A stretch of DNA of 64,000 bases from an uncultured delta proteobacterium. GTDB taxonomy: Bacteria > Myxococcota > Myxococcia > Myxococcales > Myxococcaceae. Of the stretch, positions 11,010 through 20,290 are shown piece by piece (within the stretch, counting starts at the first letter, position 1; every line of letters begins with the position of its first letter). The notes beneath the pieces were generated by a model that saw only the letters and a list, made by a program, of their open reading frames with translations, was not told the DNA's origin and did not search any database. The stretch is from positions 1-64,000 of the forward strand of contig CAVZMH010000007.1 in assembly GCA_963776345.1 (NCBI GenBank), given 5' to 3'. A program made the translations under genes and the position numbers.

Positions 11010-11059
11010 CTTGAGACAACCTGATCTTGACCCCCATGGCAAGATCATGGTGTCTCGAG
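11010..11059. promoter_or_regulatory. Inverted-repeat operator upstream of the AbiE operon (20-bp arms, 17/20 match, 10-bp spacer)
   Basis: CTTGAGACAACCTGATCTTG-N10-CAAGATCATGGTGTCTCGAG lies 7 bp from the toxin ATG and is AT-richer than its surroundings. Confidence 0.75.
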
Positions 11060-11232
11060 CTGCGCCCCGGGGTTCCCGCTCCGCCCTGGAGCTGGCTCCA
11101 CCCGGACGGTCTCCCTGAAGGACTCCGGTCCGGCGCGAAACGCCGGGTCGCGCCCGTGACAATCGCTCCCGGCCGCTCCCGACGTTGGATGGCGAGCGAG
11201 TAGACTCCCGCCGGCCCGCGGTCGATCGCCCC

Positions 11233-11655
11233 ATGCGCACCCTCCTCCTCGAGCTCCGCTCCCAGCTGGAGACCCTCACCGACGGCCTCCCCCACGTCAC
11301 CGTCCGGCGGATGTTCGGCTGCGACGCGTTCCTCGCCGGAGGCGCCATCTTCGCGATGATCTGGCGCGAGGGTCGCATCGGCCTCCGGCTCCCGGACGAC
11401 CTGCTCCCCGATCTCCGGGCGCTCCCCGGCGCCGACCCCTGGCGCCACCGGGACATGGTGGTCCGGCAATGGGTGCTGGTCCCCGAGTCCTTCCACGACG
11501 ACTCCGACGGCCTCTCCCCGTGGGTCCGCAAGGCGCACGCCGCCGCCCTCGAGCGCGGCCCGGCCTCGGCGAGCAAGCGCACCAAGCGCAAGAAGGCCAA
11601 GCCCGCGTCACGTACCCCGGCACGGCGGCGGCGTCAGTCCAGGAGGAAGGTGTAG
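11233..11655 (+). CDS. TfoX/Sxy N-terminal-domain family protein
   Basis: VTVRRMFGCDAFLAGGAIFAMI...QWVLVP...LSPWVRKA, followed by a basic tail. Confidence 0.8.
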   Translation: MRTLLLELRSQLETLTDGLPHVTVRRMFGCDAFLAGGAIFAMIWREGRIGLRLPDDLLPDLRALPGADPWRHRDMVVRQWVLVPESFHDDSDGLSPWVRKAHAAALERGPASASKRTKRKKAKPASRTPARRRRQSRRKV

Positions 11656-12377
11656 CGGTAGGTGATCTGCGCGGCGACCGGCTGGCCCTTGCGGAGGGCC
11701 GGCCGGAAGCGGACGCCCTCCACCGCCCTGGCCGCGGCCTGGTCCAGCCCACCACCGGGGCCGGAGAGGACCTTCACGCTGCGCACCCGGCCCGTCTCGT
11801 CCACCAGGACCGAGAGGACCACCGTCCCCTCGATCCCGCGGCTCCGGGCGTCCTCCGGATACGGGATCCGCACGTCGCCGATGACCGTCGGCTGGCTGTC
11901 CAGCTCGTAGAGCGGCACGGCCGAGGGCCGGACGCTGGCTGGATCCGCTGCCTTGTCGGGCGGCTTCCCCGCCAGCGTGTTCCCCACCGGCGCATCGAAG
12001 CTCCCGGCGGTGGTCGTCGAGCGCAGGGTGAGCCCCACCACCACCGGCGGCGGCTCCGCCTGCTTCGTCTCGGGCGGGGTGTCGTTCGGCGGCGGCTGCA
12101 CCAGCCTGCGCGGGTCCAGCTTCGGCTCGAACAGCTTGCGGATCGGCCGCGGCGCGGGCGTCTTCGGCTCGGGCTTCACCTCGGGGGTGGGCCGCGGCGG
12201 GCGGTCGACCTCCACCACCACCAGCTCGGTGACCCGGCGCTGCGGGCCGGGCGGCACCGGGGTCAGCGAGAGCCAGAGGAGCACGACGGCGTGCACCGCC
12301 AGCGACACCCCCAGGAACGCCCAGGGCTGCCAGGCGCCGCGGGAGGGCTCGGGCGCCCGGAGGACCGCCTCGCTCAC
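11634..12377 (-). CDS. tonB: Energy transducer TonB
   Basis: TM anchor with SLAVH, a Pro-rich linker, and C-terminal YPEDARSRGIEGTVVL...GLDQAA...FRPA. Confidence 0.88.
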   Translation of the reverse strand: MSEAVLRAPEPSRGAWQPWAFLGVSLAVHAVVLLWLSLTPVPPGPQRRVTELVVVEVDRPPRPTPEVKPEPKTPAPRPIRKLFEPKLDPRRLVQPPPNDTPPETKQAEPPPVVVGLTLRSTTTAGSFDAPVGNTLAGKPPDKAADPASVRPSAVPLYELDSQPTVIGDVRIPYPEDARSRGIEGTVVLSVLVDETGRVRSVKVLSGPGGGLDQAAARAVEGVRFRPALRKGQPVAAQITYRYTFLLD

Positions 12378-12805
12378 GGCCCGGGGGACGCCGCCTGAGC
12401 GTCCTTCTCGATGTTCAGGGCGAACCGGGCGATGCCCTCGCCCTTCACCACGTCGATGAGGTGCATCACCCGCCCGTAGGGGAGCGACTGGTCGGCGCTG
12501 ATGATCGCCCGGGTCTCGGGGTCCTGCTTCACGCCCTCGGCCACCTTCGCCCGCAGGCCCGCCTCGTCGGTCTGCGCGCCGTCGACGAACAGCGTGCCGT
12601 TCCGGTCCATCACCACGTTGACCAGCCCCTGCACCGTCGTGCCGGTGTTGGCGGCCCGTGGGAGGTCGACCTCCATCGTCTCCCGGACGATGAAGTTCGC
12701 CGTCACCATGAAGATGATCAGCAGCACCAGCACGATGTCGACCAGCGGGGTGACGTTGATCCCCGTGATCTCCTCGTCGTCTTCCTGCCCGAAGGACGCC
12801 GCCAC
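12374..12805 (-). CDS. exbD: Biopolymer transporter ExbD/TolR
   Basis: INVTPLVDIVLVLLIIFMV with the conserved Asp, VDLP and ADQSLPYGRV. The GTG start at 12805 is inferred. Confidence 0.9.
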   Translation of the reverse strand: MAASFGQEDDEEITGINVTPLVDIVLVLLIIFMVTANFIVRETMEVDLPRAANTGTTVQGLVNVVMDRNGTLFVDGAQTDEAGLRAKVAEGVKQDPETRAIISADQSLPYGRVMHLIDVVKGEGIARFALNIEKDAQAASPGP

Positions 12806-12809
12806 CCCG

Positions 12810-13517
12810 CTAGCCCTCGACCACGCCCCGGACCGGCCGGCTGGCGGCACCCGCATCCGTCCTGGGGTTCCGCGCCGCGCCGACCAGCGCGTGCGCCAGC
12901 GCCTGGGCCCGGTTCAGCCGGTTCTTCAGCCCGCGGGTGAAGAGGTTGAATCCCACCACCGCCGGGATGGCCACCGCCAGGCCCACCGCGGTGGCCACCA
13001 GGGCCTCGGAGATGCCGGTCATCACCGTCTGCTGGATGGCCGAGCCGCGGATCGCCACGGCCCCGAGGTCGTTGAACGCCTTGATGATGCCCAGCACCGT
13101 CCCGAAGAGGCCCACGAACGGGGCGTTGCTCCCCAGCGTGCCGAGGAAGGGGAGGAAGCGCTCGTAGCCCGGGCGCTCGGCGGCCATCGCCGCGGCCAGC
13201 GCCTCCTCCACCACCCCCGGACCCTGCGGCAGCGCCTGGAGGCCCGCCTGGAGTACCCGGGCCTCGAGCGCGTCCTGGCCCTCGAGCAGCGGCCGGAGCG
13301 CGTCCACCTCGCCGCGCGAGAGCCGCTGGGCGATCTCCTCTGCATGCCGCAGGCGCCGGCTGCGGAAGAACACCGCCCGCTCCAGCATCATCGCCAGGGA
13401 GGCCACCGAGAGGACCACCAGCAGCCAGAGCACCCACTCGGCCGAGGAGAGGGTGATGCGAAGGAGCTTACTGGTGAGCCAGCCGACGTCGGCCAGCGCG
13501 AGGACGGTGAGGGTCAT
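12810..13517 (-). CDS. exbB: MotA/TolQ/ExbB proton-channel protein
   Basis: FLGTLGSNAPFVGLFGTVLGII and GISEALVATAVGLAVAIPA. Confidence 0.92.
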   Translation of the reverse strand: MTLTVLALADVGWLTSKLLRITLSSAEWVLWLLVVLSVASLAMMLERAVFFRSRRLRHAEEIAQRLSRGEVDALRPLLEGQDALEARVLQAGLQALPQGPGVVEEALAAAMAAERPGYERFLPFLGTLGSNAPFVGLFGTVLGIIKAFNDLGAVAIRGSAIQQTVMTGISEALVATAVGLAVAIPAVVGFNLFTRGLKNRLNRAQALAHALVGAARNPRTDAGAASRPVRGVVEG

Positions 13518-13583
13518 GGTCGTGGAGCCGCCGCCGTCGTAACCAGGCTGGACGGCAGGTTCAAGCGGGGGTCCGTCTTCGAG

Positions 13584-16500
13584 CTAGTAGTCACGGGTCC
13601 ACACGATGTCCGCCGACCCCGACTTGGCGTCGCCGTACACGGCCTCGAACGTCCAGCGGGGCAGGAACTGATACTCCAGCCGGAAGGAGTTGGTGTTCTC
13701 GTAGCGATTGGGATCCGCGCCCGCCTTGGCCGCGTACCCCAGGTAGAGCTCGTCGGTGAGGTACTTCCCGGCCTCCACGCTCGCGCCGTGGAGCGTTCCC
13801 TCCTCACCCGACTGGATGGAGAGCACGTCGAGGCCGACCTTGTCGCTCACCGCGCTCTTCAGCTGCGACGCCGCGAGCGAGCCGAGCACCGACACCGCCT
13901 GCGCCGAGCCGATCTCCGAGCCGCCGCTCCCGCGCTTCAGCGTGGTCCGCCCGGTGGCGAGCAGGGTGTAGATCTCCGACTCGGTCAGCGGGGGCTCGCT
14001 CGAGGGGACCAGCTGGATCTCCCCGGCCTCTCCCTGCACGTGCATCGACACCTTCACCCCCGCCTTCGCGTTGTTGTAGATGGCAGTGACGTTGAGGGCC
14101 GGCTCGGTCGCCGGGCCGGTGAAGCGCACCACGCTGTTCCGCTGGATGTCGAAGCGGCGGCCCAGCACGTCCAGGCGCCCGCGGAGGATCCGCACCTCGC
14201 CGAAGAGCTCCGTCTCCTCGCCGAGCTCGATGCGGAAGTCCTGGCTCAGGCCCATCTCCACGTTGAGGTCCGGGGACTTCACCCAGAGGTTCCTGGGGGC
14301 GTCGAGCACGATGATGATCTCGGTGGGCTTGCTCTGCTGCTCGAGCTCCGCGCCGCCCAGCGCGGCCTCCGCCGTCGCATCCTTCGCCAGGAGCACCCGG
14401 GCGCGCTTCGGGTCCAGCGGCTTGCCGGCCTTGAGCAGAAGGATGTCATCCGGTCGGCTGAGCGGCTGGAGGTCGCGCCGCGACTGGGTCGGCAGCTCCA
14501 CGTGAGCCTCGGGGATGGTCACCTTGCTCAGCTCGACGTGCCCTCTCCGCGCCAGGCCGTCCAGGGTGGTCCGCAGGCTCACCGTCGCCACCAGCTGGTC
14601 GTCGATGAAGACGGGAAAGCCGCTGGCCTCGCCGTTGCCCTTGAGTGTCCACTGCGGCCCCTCGCGCGTGCCGAGCGCGGTGAGCTTCAGCGAGCCCGCC
14701 TCCGTCCGGACGTCGAGGTCGTCGAGCGAGATGCGGTCGTTGCCCGCGCTGGCCAGGAGGTGAATTCGCTGGTACTGGCCGTATCCGGCGAGCCCGATGG
14801 CGCCGTCCTTCCACTCCAGCCGCCCCTGGCCCTCCGGCTTGCCGACGGTGCCGCTCGCCCGGGCGTCCACGTCGAGCGTGCCGGCGACCTGCCGGAGCGT
14901 GGTGGTGAACCCGGTCAGGAACGCGATGTCGAAGCTCCGTGCCACCACCGTGGCCTGGAAGGGCGCGTTCGCCGGCTTCAGCCCGCGGCGCACCGCGGGG
15001 TACGACAGGTCGAGGTCGGCCGTGCCGTCGAGCTGCAGCGTGCCGCCGTTGATCGACGCCAGCGCCGCACGGACCCGGCTCCGGGACTGCTGGTAGTCGA
15101 ACGTGAGCTCGGCCTTCCCGAGCGGCGTCTGCCCGGCCCCGAGCTGCGCGGTGCGGGCGTCCACGCTGAGGGTCGGCGCCTGCAGCGAGCCGCGGCCCTT
15201 CACCGTGGCCTCGACCGTGCCCCGGAGTCGCCGCGCCAGCCGCCCCTCGCCGACCATGAGCGGCAGACGCGAGAGCTCGATCGGGCCGAACTTCCCGTCC
15301 ACCCGGACCGGGACCTCGTCGAGGCTCTTGCGTGCCTGGATCTCGGCGGAGGAGGCGCCCACCTCGACGGCCACGCTGGCCAGCGGCCCGTGTGCGTCGT
15401 GCGCCTCGAGCGCCGCGACGATGGTCTTCTGGGCCTTGACGTCCAGGGTGAGGTCTGCCGGATCCATCGGCGGCGTGCGGAACCCCTGTGTCTGGAGCCT
15501 GAGCTCGCCCGTGGGCGCGCTCACCGTCCCCGCGAGGTCCGCGGTCAGGGAGACCGCTCCCTCCACGTCCCGCGGGAGCAGTCCGGCCTCGCGCAGCGGC
15601 TTCAGCTGCAGCCCGGCGATGCGCGCCCGGGCCTGCAGCTCGGCGGACCGGAGCGTCTCGGCAGGGCGAGCCTCCGCGACGATCCGCGCCAGCGAGCGCC
15701 CCACGGAGACCTGGACGTCCACCGTCCCCTGGAGCGCGGTGCCCTTCGCCGAGACCGAGAGGTTTCCCTTCTCCGGTCCGTCCACCGCGAGCGTGAGGTC
15801 GGTGGGCGGGAGCTGCCGGTAGCGCAGCCCGTGGGTGCGCGCCGCCGCCTGCAGCACCGGCGCGTCGGCGTACCCCGAGAGGTCCAGCTGGAGCTCGGCC
15901 GTCCCGGTCACCTCGGGGTGGTCGTCGTCGCATCCCTGGGCGACGAGCTTCATCCGCACCGCCGCGCACGCCACCTGGGCCACATCGAAGGCGGGCATCG
16001 CGATGCGCGCCCGGACCGGCTCGTGCCTGCGCCGGCGGAACGCGTCCACCGGCAGGTCCACGTCGGCCGTCAGCTCGGTTCCGAGCCCGCGCGCGTCCAC
16101 CTTGACCCGGGCCCGCCGGTCGACCCACGAGCCGCTCCCCTTGACGTCGAGGTGCTGCAGCTTGCCCACGGTCACGTCGGCGGCGTCGACCGTCGCCTCC
16201 ACCGCGGGGTCGCCCATCCGTCCCCGGACCCGGGCGTCCAGCGTGACCCGGCCGGCGAGCGGGATCGACGGGGGCACCAAGGCGTGCGGCAGCTTGCCAA
16301 GGTCGAGCGCCTGGAGCCCCAGCGTCGCGTCCACCCGGTCGCCACGCTTCCAGCCCCCGAGCTGGATGGCCTGCGCCTCCGAGACGAGCCGCACCGGCTC
16401 GAGCTCGAGGACGTTCGCCGGGAAGCGCAGATGGGCGGGCTGCTCCATCGACCACGCCGCCTCGGGGTATCGGATGGCGAGCGTCTCCATCTCGATGCCC

Positions 16501-18224
16501 CGGCGGTCCTCGTCCATCGTCCCGCCGAGGTGCACGTCGAAGGAGAGGGCTCCGCCCGTGCTGGCGTGGAGGTCGAGCGCGCGCCCCCGGGTCAGGAGGG
16601 TGAACGACACCGGCTTCAGCGTGCGGTCGCCGAGCCGGAGCTCCTCCACGCCGACCTGCGCGTTGGCGTCCAGCGGCCGGTCGATGTCGGGGATGTTCAC
16701 CGACAGCGCGAGCGCCCGCACGCGGACGTCGTTCACCCGCAGCGAGGGGAACTTCCCTTCCGCGCTCACCCCGGGATGGCGGAGCGGTCCCGTCGCCTCG
16801 ACGTGCAGCGTGCCGGACCCGGCGAGCGGCGGGAGGCGCGACGCCGCGAGGCTGCCGAAGGTCTTCCCGAGCAGGGCGAGGTCCAGCGCCTCGGCGTCGA
16901 GCGACGCCGTGATCTCGCGGGTCGTCCCCTGCCCGCGGCCCTGCACGTGGAGGCCGGGCAGCGTCGCCCGGAGCTCGCGCAGCTCGAACCTGCCGCGGTT
17001 CGCCGTGGCGTGCAGCTCGATCGGGCCGACCGCGGCCTTGCGCACCTCGCTCGTCGGCACCGAGAGGTCCACCGCGCCGGTGAGCGTGTCCAGGCTCCTG
17101 CCGCCGCCCCGGACGTCCGCGGTGAGCGCCAGGTCGCTCGACGGCCCCTCGGTGAGCAGCTGGGCGAGGTCGACGTGGCGCAGCTCGAGGTGCCCCTTCT
17201 CGACGGTGGCCGCGCGCACGTCGCCCCGGGCCTGGAGCGCGAGCTGGGTGGTGCCGGCGCGGCCCCGGAGGTCGGCCCGCGCGACGTCGCCCTCGAGCCC
17301 GCCCTCGCCGGAGAGCTCGACGGCCACCTTGGGCGTCCAGGCCGGGGTGAGCGCCCGTCCGACGGCCGGTGGCACGACCAGCCGGTCCAGCCGGGCCTGT
17401 GCCGTCGTGCCCTGCTTGCTGCCCGAGGCCTTCAGGACCAGTCCCGCGAGCTCGAGGTCCACCGAGGCCTCGAACGCCGTGCCTTCGCCCTTGCCGCGGA
17501 CGGCGAGCTGCAGCGGTCCGTCGAGCAGACCCGAGACTCCGGCCCGGCCATCGAGCTGGCCCTCGAAGGCGTCTGTCGGCCCGGCGTAGCGACCGGCGCC
17601 CCGCAGCCCGAGCCCGGCGAGCGCCACCGACCTGGCTTGCTTGCCCTTGCCCTGGACCACCCGGACGGTGCCCCGCTCGAGCGAGAAGCCGTCCACCACG
17701 AAGGTGAACGGGAACGGGCCGGACGAGGGCCCGGGAGGAGTCGGGTTCCGGGCGGCGATGGCCCGGGTGAGGTTCAGGCCGTCGTCGTCGATGACCAGCC
17801 ACAGCTCGGGGTGCTCGATGCGGACCGATTTCAGATGGACCCGCTTCCCGATCAGCCCGAGCGGCGCGACGCGGAGCTCGACCAGGTCCAGGTGAGCGAC
17901 CCGCTCGCCGTCGGGCGTCTCCAGCGTGACGTCGCGGAGGACGATGTGCCACCCGTGGATCTCCACCGAGCCCGCGCCGAGCTTGCCGGCGATCGCGTCG
18001 TTGGCAGCCTGGAGCCCGAGGGCGAGAACCCGCGCGCTCCCGGACTCGGTCTGCACGTAGACCAGCGCCCCGGCGACGGCGAGCACGACCAGCACGAGCA
18101 GGCCCAGCACGCCGCGGAGCACCCAGCGCAGCCGGCGGCGCCGCGGACGAGGGGTGCCCGGCGCCGCGGGCTCCGGGTGGGCGGGACCGGTCGGTTCCCC
18201 GGGACTCGTGGGCCGCTCCGTCAC
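13584..18224 (-). CDS. tamB: Translocation and assembly module TamB (AsmA-like, C-terminal DUF490)
   Basis: N-terminal TM anchor, about 1500 aa of beta-rich repeats, and a DUF490-like end (FTGPATEPALNVTA, SSEPPLTESEIYTLLATG, EAGKYLTDELYLGY, LEYQF, WTRDY). Confidence 0.88.
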   Translation of the reverse strand: MTERPTSPGEPTGPAHPEPAAPGTPRPRRRRLRWVLRGVLGLLVLVVLAVAGALVYVQTESGSARVLALGLQAANDAIAGKLGAGSVEIHGWHIVLRDVTLETPDGERVAHLDLVELRVAPLGLIGKRVHLKSVRIEHPELWLVIDDDGLNLTRAIAARNPTPPGPSSGPFPFTFVVDGFSLERGTVRVVQGKGKQARSVALAGLGLRGAGRYAGPTDAFEGQLDGRAGVSGLLDGPLQLAVRGKGEGTAFEASVDLELAGLVLKASGSKQGTTAQARLDRLVVPPAVGRALTPAWTPKVAVELSGEGGLEGDVARADLRGRAGTTQLALQARGDVRAATVEKGHLELRHVDLAQLLTEGPSSDLALTADVRGGGRSLDTLTGAVDLSVPTSEVRKAAVGPIELHATANRGRFELRELRATLPGLHVQGRGQGTTREITASLDAEALDLALLGKTFGSLAASRLPPLAGSGTLHVEATGPLRHPGVSAEGKFPSLRVNDVRVRALALSVNIPDIDRPLDANAQVGVEELRLGDRTLKPVSFTLLTRGRALDLHASTGGALSFDVHLGGTMDEDRRGIEMETLAIRYPEAAWSMEQPAHLRFPANVLELEPVRLVSEAQAIQLGGWKRGDRVDATLGLQALDLGKLPHALVPPSIPLAGRVTLDARVRGRMGDPAVEATVDAADVTVGKLQHLDVKGSGSWVDRRARVKVDARGLGTELTADVDLPVDAFRRRRHEPVRARIAMPAFDVAQVACAAVRMKLVAQGCDDDHPEVTGTAELQLDLSGYADAPVLQAAARTHGLRYRQLPPTDLTLAVDGPEKGNLSVSAKGTALQGTVDVQVSVGRSLARIVAEARPAETLRSAELQARARIAGLQLKPLREAGLLPRDVEGAVSLTADLAGTVSAPTGELRLQTQGFRTPPMDPADLTLDVKAQKTIVAALEAHDAHGPLASVAVEVGASSAEIQARKSLDEVPVRVDGKFGPIELSRLPLMVGEGRLARRLRGTVEATVKGRGSLQAPTLSVDARTAQLGAGQTPLGKAELTFDYQQSRSRVRAALASINGGTLQLDGTADLDLSYPAVRRGLKPANAPFQATVVARSFDIAFLTGFTTTLRQVAGTLDVDARASGTVGKPEGQGRLEWKDGAIGLAGYGQYQRIHLLASAGNDRISLDDLDVRTEAGSLKLTALGTREGPQWTLKGNGEASGFPVFIDDQLVATVSLRTTLDGLARRGHVELSKVTIPEAHVELPTQSRRDLQPLSRPDDILLLKAGKPLDPKRARVLLAKDATAEAALGGAELEQQSKPTEIIIVLDAPRNLWVKSPDLNVEMGLSQDFRIELGEETELFGEVRILRGRLDVLGRRFDIQRNSVVRFTGPATEPALNVTAIYNNAKAGVKVSMHVQGEAGEIQLVPSSEPPLTESEIYTLLATGRTTLKRGSGGSEIGSAQAVSVLGSLAASQLKSAVSDKVGLDVLSIQSGEEGTLHGASVEAGKYLTDELYLGYAAKAGADPNRYENTNSFRLEYQFLPRWTFEAVYGDAKSGSADIVWTRDY

Positions 18225-18225
18225 C

Positions 18226-20290
18226 TCAGTACGCCTCGCCGATGGAGATGGTCAGGGCGCAGCGCCCTTCCGGATAACCGCCGTAGCTGGTGCTTCCAGT
18301 CCCGAGCCCGAAGCACTCCGACCCGCCCGGCGCATACACCGGATGGGCCGGGTCGGTGATGATGGGCAGTGGCCCACCGTGGTTCAACCGGTAGGCGAAG
18401 TCCACCCGGATGGGGCCGACGATGGTGTTGTAACGGAGCCCGATCCCCACCGCGTACTGCATCATCGGGCCCACGTCGCGAAAGTCGAACGAGCCGATGC
18501 TCACGAAGCCGGCGTCCAGGAACACCGCCAGGGTGAGAGCTCCGAAGAGCTTGTAGCGGAGCTCGATCGAGCTGTCCCAGAGGCCGTCCCCACCGACCGG
18601 GACGTAGGAGCCCTTCAGCTGGGCCGTGCCCACGTTCCCCACCAGTGGATTGGTCGGCAGCGCGTTGTTGTCGGCGACCGGGTACATGGGCGAGAGCCGG
18701 CGGCTGCCGAATCCGCGGTGGAAGGTGCCGCCGCCGGAGAAGAAGCGCGCGGTGATGGGGCTGGTCTCGTTCGACAGCAAGGTCCCGATGCGCAGCTTCC
18801 CGGCCAGGGTGAAGGGCCCCCACGACTTGTAGGCCCGGAGGTCGGGGAAGAGCCGGGTGTAGGTGTAGTCGCCCCCGAGGAATCCTCCGCCCTGCTGGAT
18901 TCCCAGCGACACGAACCAGCCGTTCCGCGGCTCGAGCTTGTCGTCGCGCTTGTCCCACTCGATGGTGAGGTCGATGAACGACAGGAACACGTAGCAGGTC
19001 GGGTTGTCCGGGCTCAGGTTGCAGCCGTAGGCCAGCTGGGGCGCGCTCCCGGTGAGCCCGTTGGTGACGCCAGCGATGCGGTCCACCTCCAGGTTGTACG
19101 AGGGGTAGATGCGGAAGCTGCTGTGCGGCTGCCAGACGATGCCCGTCCGGCCGCGCACGCCGATGTAGCCGTAGGCCTGCTCCAGGTTCTTGTAGACGTC
19201 CACCGAGCTCAACCACTTGAAGTCCCGGGCGGGGAAGCGGGGCTGCTCGAACTCGGCGTAGAAATCGAAGATGGGCGCCTGCTGGTCGACCTTCCACAGC
19301 GCGGGGAGGAAGGCCCAGCCGAGCTTGCCGCGCAGGGTGAGCCGGCGGAGGCCGCCGAGGAAGTTGCGGTCGGTGTACTCGGCGATCGCCCGGTACTCCT
19401 GGCGCACCGGGTCGACTCCGATACCGCCGCCGTAGCGGATGGTGTGGAAGGGAGCCTCGCGCACGTCGACCACCACCGGCAGCACCCCGTTGGCCCGGTC
19501 GGGCGTCCCGGTGGTCACCTTCACCGCGCCGAAGACCCCCATCTGGAAGACCCGGCGCTGCGCCTCCTCGAGCGCCTTGTCGCTGAACCAGGCGCCCTTC
19601 CAGATGGCTCCCTGCGCCTGCTCGATGATGTACTTGACGTCCACCGAGGGCCTGGGGCCCGTCGCGACGAAGATGTTCCCGAACTTGTAGCGGACCCCGG
19701 GGACGCAGACCATCCGGACCCGCGCGGTCTGGTCGGTGGTCTCGACGAAGGCCTCGCCCCGGACCTCGGCCTCGGCGTACCCGAGCGCCCGCAGCGCGGC
19801 CTGCACCTCGCGCTTCACGCTCAGCCACTGCTCCTCGCGGAGCACGTCGCCCACCTTGACCGGGACGCTGCTGCGGACCTTCTGCTGGAAGTCCGGCGGG
19901 AGCTCGTCCAGCCCTTCGAACTCGATGCGGTTGATGCGCGTGGGCTTGCCCTCGTTCACCTCGACGGTGAGCGCCACCCCCTCGTCCTCCTGCTTCACCT
20001 CCTCGTTCACCACCTGCGCCTGGTAGAAGCCCTGCGCCTGGTAGTAGCGCTCGATGCGCCTCATGTCGGCCTGCCAGGCGATGGGGTCGAAGTACGGGGT
20101 CCCGGCGAACGGCCACCACGAAGGACCGGTGGTGAGGAGGTGGTCCTCGATGTCCCCGGACGACACCTGCTTGCTGCCCTCGATCTTCAGCGACCGCACC
20201 GGCGGCTCGTCGGGCTTCTGCGTTCCGGCGCAGGCAGACAGCACCAGCGCCAGCAGCGCTCCGAGCCGCTGGGACTGCCGCTCGGCTCAT
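18226..20290 (-). CDS. tamA: Omp85-family outer-membrane protein TamA/BamA-like (POTRA domains + barrel); the true ATG at 20290 requires one +1 correction
   Basis: Lipobox LSAC, POTRA motifs (YYQAQGFYQA; LRALGYAEA), RFFSGG..HRGF, GLRYNTIVGPIRVDFAY and terminal IGEAY. Adjacent to tamB. Confidence 0.85.

Noticed and set aside
11100..11155. Hammerhead-ribozyme-like words CTGAAGG...GAAAC...GTC
   Set aside because: The core reads CUGAAGG rather than CUGANGA, stem II lacks the G-C closing pair, and no stem I can form in either topology. Only two small hairpins are supported.
9474..11600. 708-aa ORF suggesting a long N-terminal extension on AbiEi
   Set aside because: The upstream part overlaps the toxin in another frame and the tfoX gene antisense. 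The real start is ATG 10244, coupled to the toxin stop.
12501..18359. Very long antisense or alternate-frame ORFs (e.g. 1952 aa here; also 40355-44158, 44492-49372, 18154-21918)
   Set aside because: These are shadow ORFs expected in high-GC DNA opposite real genes. They are Arg/Gly/Pro/Ala-rich with no motifs.
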